From: Mobula hypostoma
Lineage: Eukaryota
Direction: 5' to 3'
DNA: 64,000 bases
NCBI RefSeq assembly: GCF_963921235.1
Contig: NC_086097.1
Location: 161,512,001-161,576,000 of the forward strand
In this document: piece after piece, positions 60,780 to 64,000 of the stretch
How the letters are laid out: each line of letters starts with the position of its first letter
Position numbering within the stretch: position 1 is the first letter of the stretch
Made by a program: the position numbers and the translations under genes
Notes under the pieces: model-generated
Told to the model about the DNA's origin: nothing
What the model saw: the letters and a program-made list of their open reading frames with translations, nothing else
Database searches by the model: none

Positions 60780-61810
60780 GATTTATTATTGTCACATGAA
60801 CTGAAGTACAGTGAAAAAAATTGTCTTGCACATAGTTCATTCAGATGAATTCATTACAAATTGAGGCACTACAAGGTAAAACAACTAAAGTGCATAATTG
60901 AAGTATTTCAATTACAGAAAAGTGCAGTGCAGAAAAACAATAGGCACTAGGTTATAATGCGGTAAATTGTGAAGTCAAGAGTCTATTTTATTGTACTTGA
61001 GAATCACTCAATGATTTTATAACAGCAAGACAGAAACTGTCCTTGAGCCTGCTGGTATGTGCTTTCACGCCCGATAGAAGAGGGGAGGAGAAAGAACGTC
61101 TGGAGTGGTTGGTGATTTTGATTAAGTTGGCTGCTTTCCTGAGACAGTGAGAGGTATAAACAGTGTCCATAGCGGTGAGGCTGGTTCGCATGAAGTGCTG
61201 AACTGTGTCCACAACTTTTTGCAGTTTCTTGCAGTCACAAGCAGAGCAGTTGGCATACCAAGCCATTATGCATCTAAACAGAATGCTTTCTACAATGCAT
61301 TGATAAAAATTGGAACCTGTCAAAAGGGACATGCCAAATTTCTTTAGCCTCTTGAGGAAGTAGAGACATTGGTGAGCTTTCTTGGTCATGATATCAAAGT
61401 AGTTAGATCACACACAAGAACCTGAAGCTCTCAAATCCCATGACCTTAACATTGTTGATGTAAACAGGAGCATGTGCACTGTCCCCCTTCCTGAAGGGAA
61501 TGTCATTGAGAGAAAGGTTTCTGTCATGACACCATGTCACCAGGCTCGCTATCTCCCTTTTGTACTCTGGCTCAGTTATTTCAGAAACAGCAACAACGTA
61601 GGTATGAACTGAAAACTTGTGGATGGAAATAGAACAAAATCTAGCCAGTAGTCATGAATGTATGGGTAGTAGCGTATGGGGCCTTGTGGGGCACCAATGT
61701 TGAAGATAATCATTGCAGAAGAATTCCTGCCTATCCTTCCTGACTGTGGTTTGTTAATCAGGATGTGAAGGATCCAATTACAAAGGGAGCTTTTGAATCT
61801 AGATCTCTCC
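60780..61810 (-). mobile_element. Decayed Rex1/Babar-type LINE 3' part
   Basis: HQCLYFLKRLKKFG...FYQCIVESIL...AWYANCS; SLCNWIL. Confidence 0.8.
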
Positions 61811-61829
61811 AAAACTTACTTATTTGCGC

Positions 61830-63900
61830 TCTCTCTCTCTATTTAAATAATCCACTTCTTTCTTCCTCTTATCCAAATGCATGACCCCACATTTCTGCAT
61901 TTGCTATATTTTCACACAATCACTTGATTAATCTATTTCTTGTTATAGAACCTCAAAGTCCTCATCACAACCTGCTTCTCCAGATAGTTTGTCCTTCCAA
62001 GATTATTAACATAAATAGTAAACAATTGAGGGCCATGAACCAATCCCAAGGATACTCCACTAGTCACAACCCTCCAGTCTGAAAGATACCTGCCTATTCA
62101 AAGTCTTCTTTTTCCATGAAACTGCCAGTTTTCAATCCATGCTAACACACAACTTCCAGTGCCCTGAGCTTTTAATTTATGCACCGTTCTCCTTATGAAG
62201 AACCTTGCCAAATGTATTTTGGGAATCTAAATACATTACGCCTATAGGTTCCCCACAATCAATTTTTCCATTATAACTTCAAATAACTCATGCAAATTTA
62301 ACCTAAGAAGATAAGAAATAGGAGAAAGAGTGAGCCATCTGGCCCATTGAGCCTGCTCCACCATTTTAAAAGATCATGGCTGATCTGACAACAAATTCAA
62401 CTTCATCTATATTTTAATTAATTTATTTATCAATACAGTGTGGAGTAGACTCTTCCAACCCTTCAAGCCATGCCACCCCAGCAAACCCGATTAATCATAA
62501 CCTAATCACAGGACAATTTACAATGACCAATTAACCTACCTGGCATTCCACAGAGACTTCCTACAGAACGGCACCAGAATTGAACTCCGAACTTCAGAAT
62601 GCTCTGAGCTGTAATAGCATTGCAATAACCACTACACTACAGTGGTGCATGCTGACCTGGTTTGATAATATTCAGCTTTCCTAAATGATTAGTTATTTCC
62701 ACTCTGATCGTTGTCTCCAGCATCTTGCCAATAATAGATGTTAAACTCGCTGGTCTATAGTACCCTGTCTTCTATCTTCCTCCATTTTCGTACAAAAGAG
62801 TTGCATTGGCCATTTTCTAATTTTTGACACCCTCCTAGAATTTAGTAAGTTTGAAAATTTTCAACCAGTGCTTTGCTTTGCAGGCACTTCAGTTAAAACC
62901 CTCAGATTAAAAGCCATCATTTAAAGCCATCAGATCTCAGCAATTCATCAGACTTTAGCCTTATCAGTTTCTTTAATACTCTATCCCTAGTGATTGAGAT
63001 TTTTAAAGAGGTTCCTCCTCTTTATTTAAAATTAACTCATCTGTTATCCTTACAGTACACTCCACATCAAAGGCTATGCAAAACATCAATTTAGTAAATC
63101 TGTCACTTCTTTTTTTTCTATTTATAGTTCACCAGCCTTGTTCTGTGGAAGTCCCACACTTACCTTAGCCATCTTCTTGCTATTTATATGTCCAGAGAAA
63201 CTTTAACTGTTTGTTTTGCTAACACAAGTTTTCTCTCAAAATATTTTTTCTCTGTTCCTAGAGCTTTTTTGGTCCTCAATAAAAACTTGCCATCCTAAAA
63301 ACTTCCCAGATTTCTATCCACCAGCTACCACCACTTTATTTTATTTAGAGATACAGCACGACCAGGCTGTTCTGGTCCAACAAGCCGCACCAACCATTAG
63401 CCCACTTATTTAACGCTAGCCTAATCACAAGACAAATTATAATGACTGACTAACCTACGTCTTTGGAATGTAGGAGGATACCGGAGCACCCAGAGGAAAG
63501 TCACGCACTCCGAGGATTGCCGTACAAACTTCTTACAGAGGATACTGGAAATGAGCTCCAACTGTAATAGTATCGCCCTAACCTCTTCGCTACTGTAACA
63601 CCGTATTATTATGCTTTTTCATCTTAGCATTATCCTTGATTTCCTTTGTTAACCACACATTATGTTTTTTTTTCCCTCTCTCATGGAATTCCTATATCTA
63701 AATTGGGTGAATTTCTGCTGATCTTCATGGACTGGTTATTTGAAGATCTAGTACTGGTCACTTGCTGACTAGTCTCTTCACTATTTTTCTAGTTCACCTT
63801 TGAAAATTCCGTCTTCATACCTTTACATTTGCCCTTGTTTAAGTTGAAGACATTGCCTATGGTGTTCCTGCATCTGGAAATCTGTAATATTATTCTTCAA
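61830..63900 (-). mobile_element. Ancient CR1 relic with SINE-like inserts (about 62420-62645 and 63330-63600)
   Basis: Scattered CR1 RT relics; no ORF. Confidence 0.5.
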
Positions 63901-64000
63901 GAGATCAAAGGCGATATCCTGCAGACAGTTCATGAAACTACTTCTTTTATTTCTTCTTTCAAATATGATTCTACTACTCAGCTGTGTGCGAATGGAACCT

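Noticed and set aside
60173..64000. Upstream DENND3 exon or promoter
   Set aside because: No matching coding segment or CpG island found; the region is old LINE and SINE debris.

Overview
Eukaryotic (vertebrate) genomic DNA. The repeat content suggests a cartilaginous fish such as a ray, but that is inference. The window lies inside one minus-strand gene, DENND3 (Rab12 GEF). I mapped 15 GT-AG coding exons between 60172 and 14529. They splice in frame to 872 codons covering the c/dDENN region, the linker and most of the WD40 region. The 5' exons and the last exons were not found in the window. The introns are mostly transposable elements, often nested: CR1 LINEs (one with an intact ORF1 esterase), Penelope-like elements (PLEs) with minimal hammerhead ribozyme motifs, Rex1, RTE, L1/Tx1, a BEL/Pao remnant, Tc1, hAT and pogo-type MITEs, and tRNA-derived SINEs. 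Most short ORFs in the track are TE fragments or their antisense shadows. The most notable features are a 424-bp hAT-ended fold-back MITE whose arms carry Tc1 transposase sequence, hammerhead motifs in sense orientation in the DENND3 pre-mRNA, and very short fold-back PLE insertions with 13-14 bp TSDs. Family assignments come from motif recognition, not database searches.
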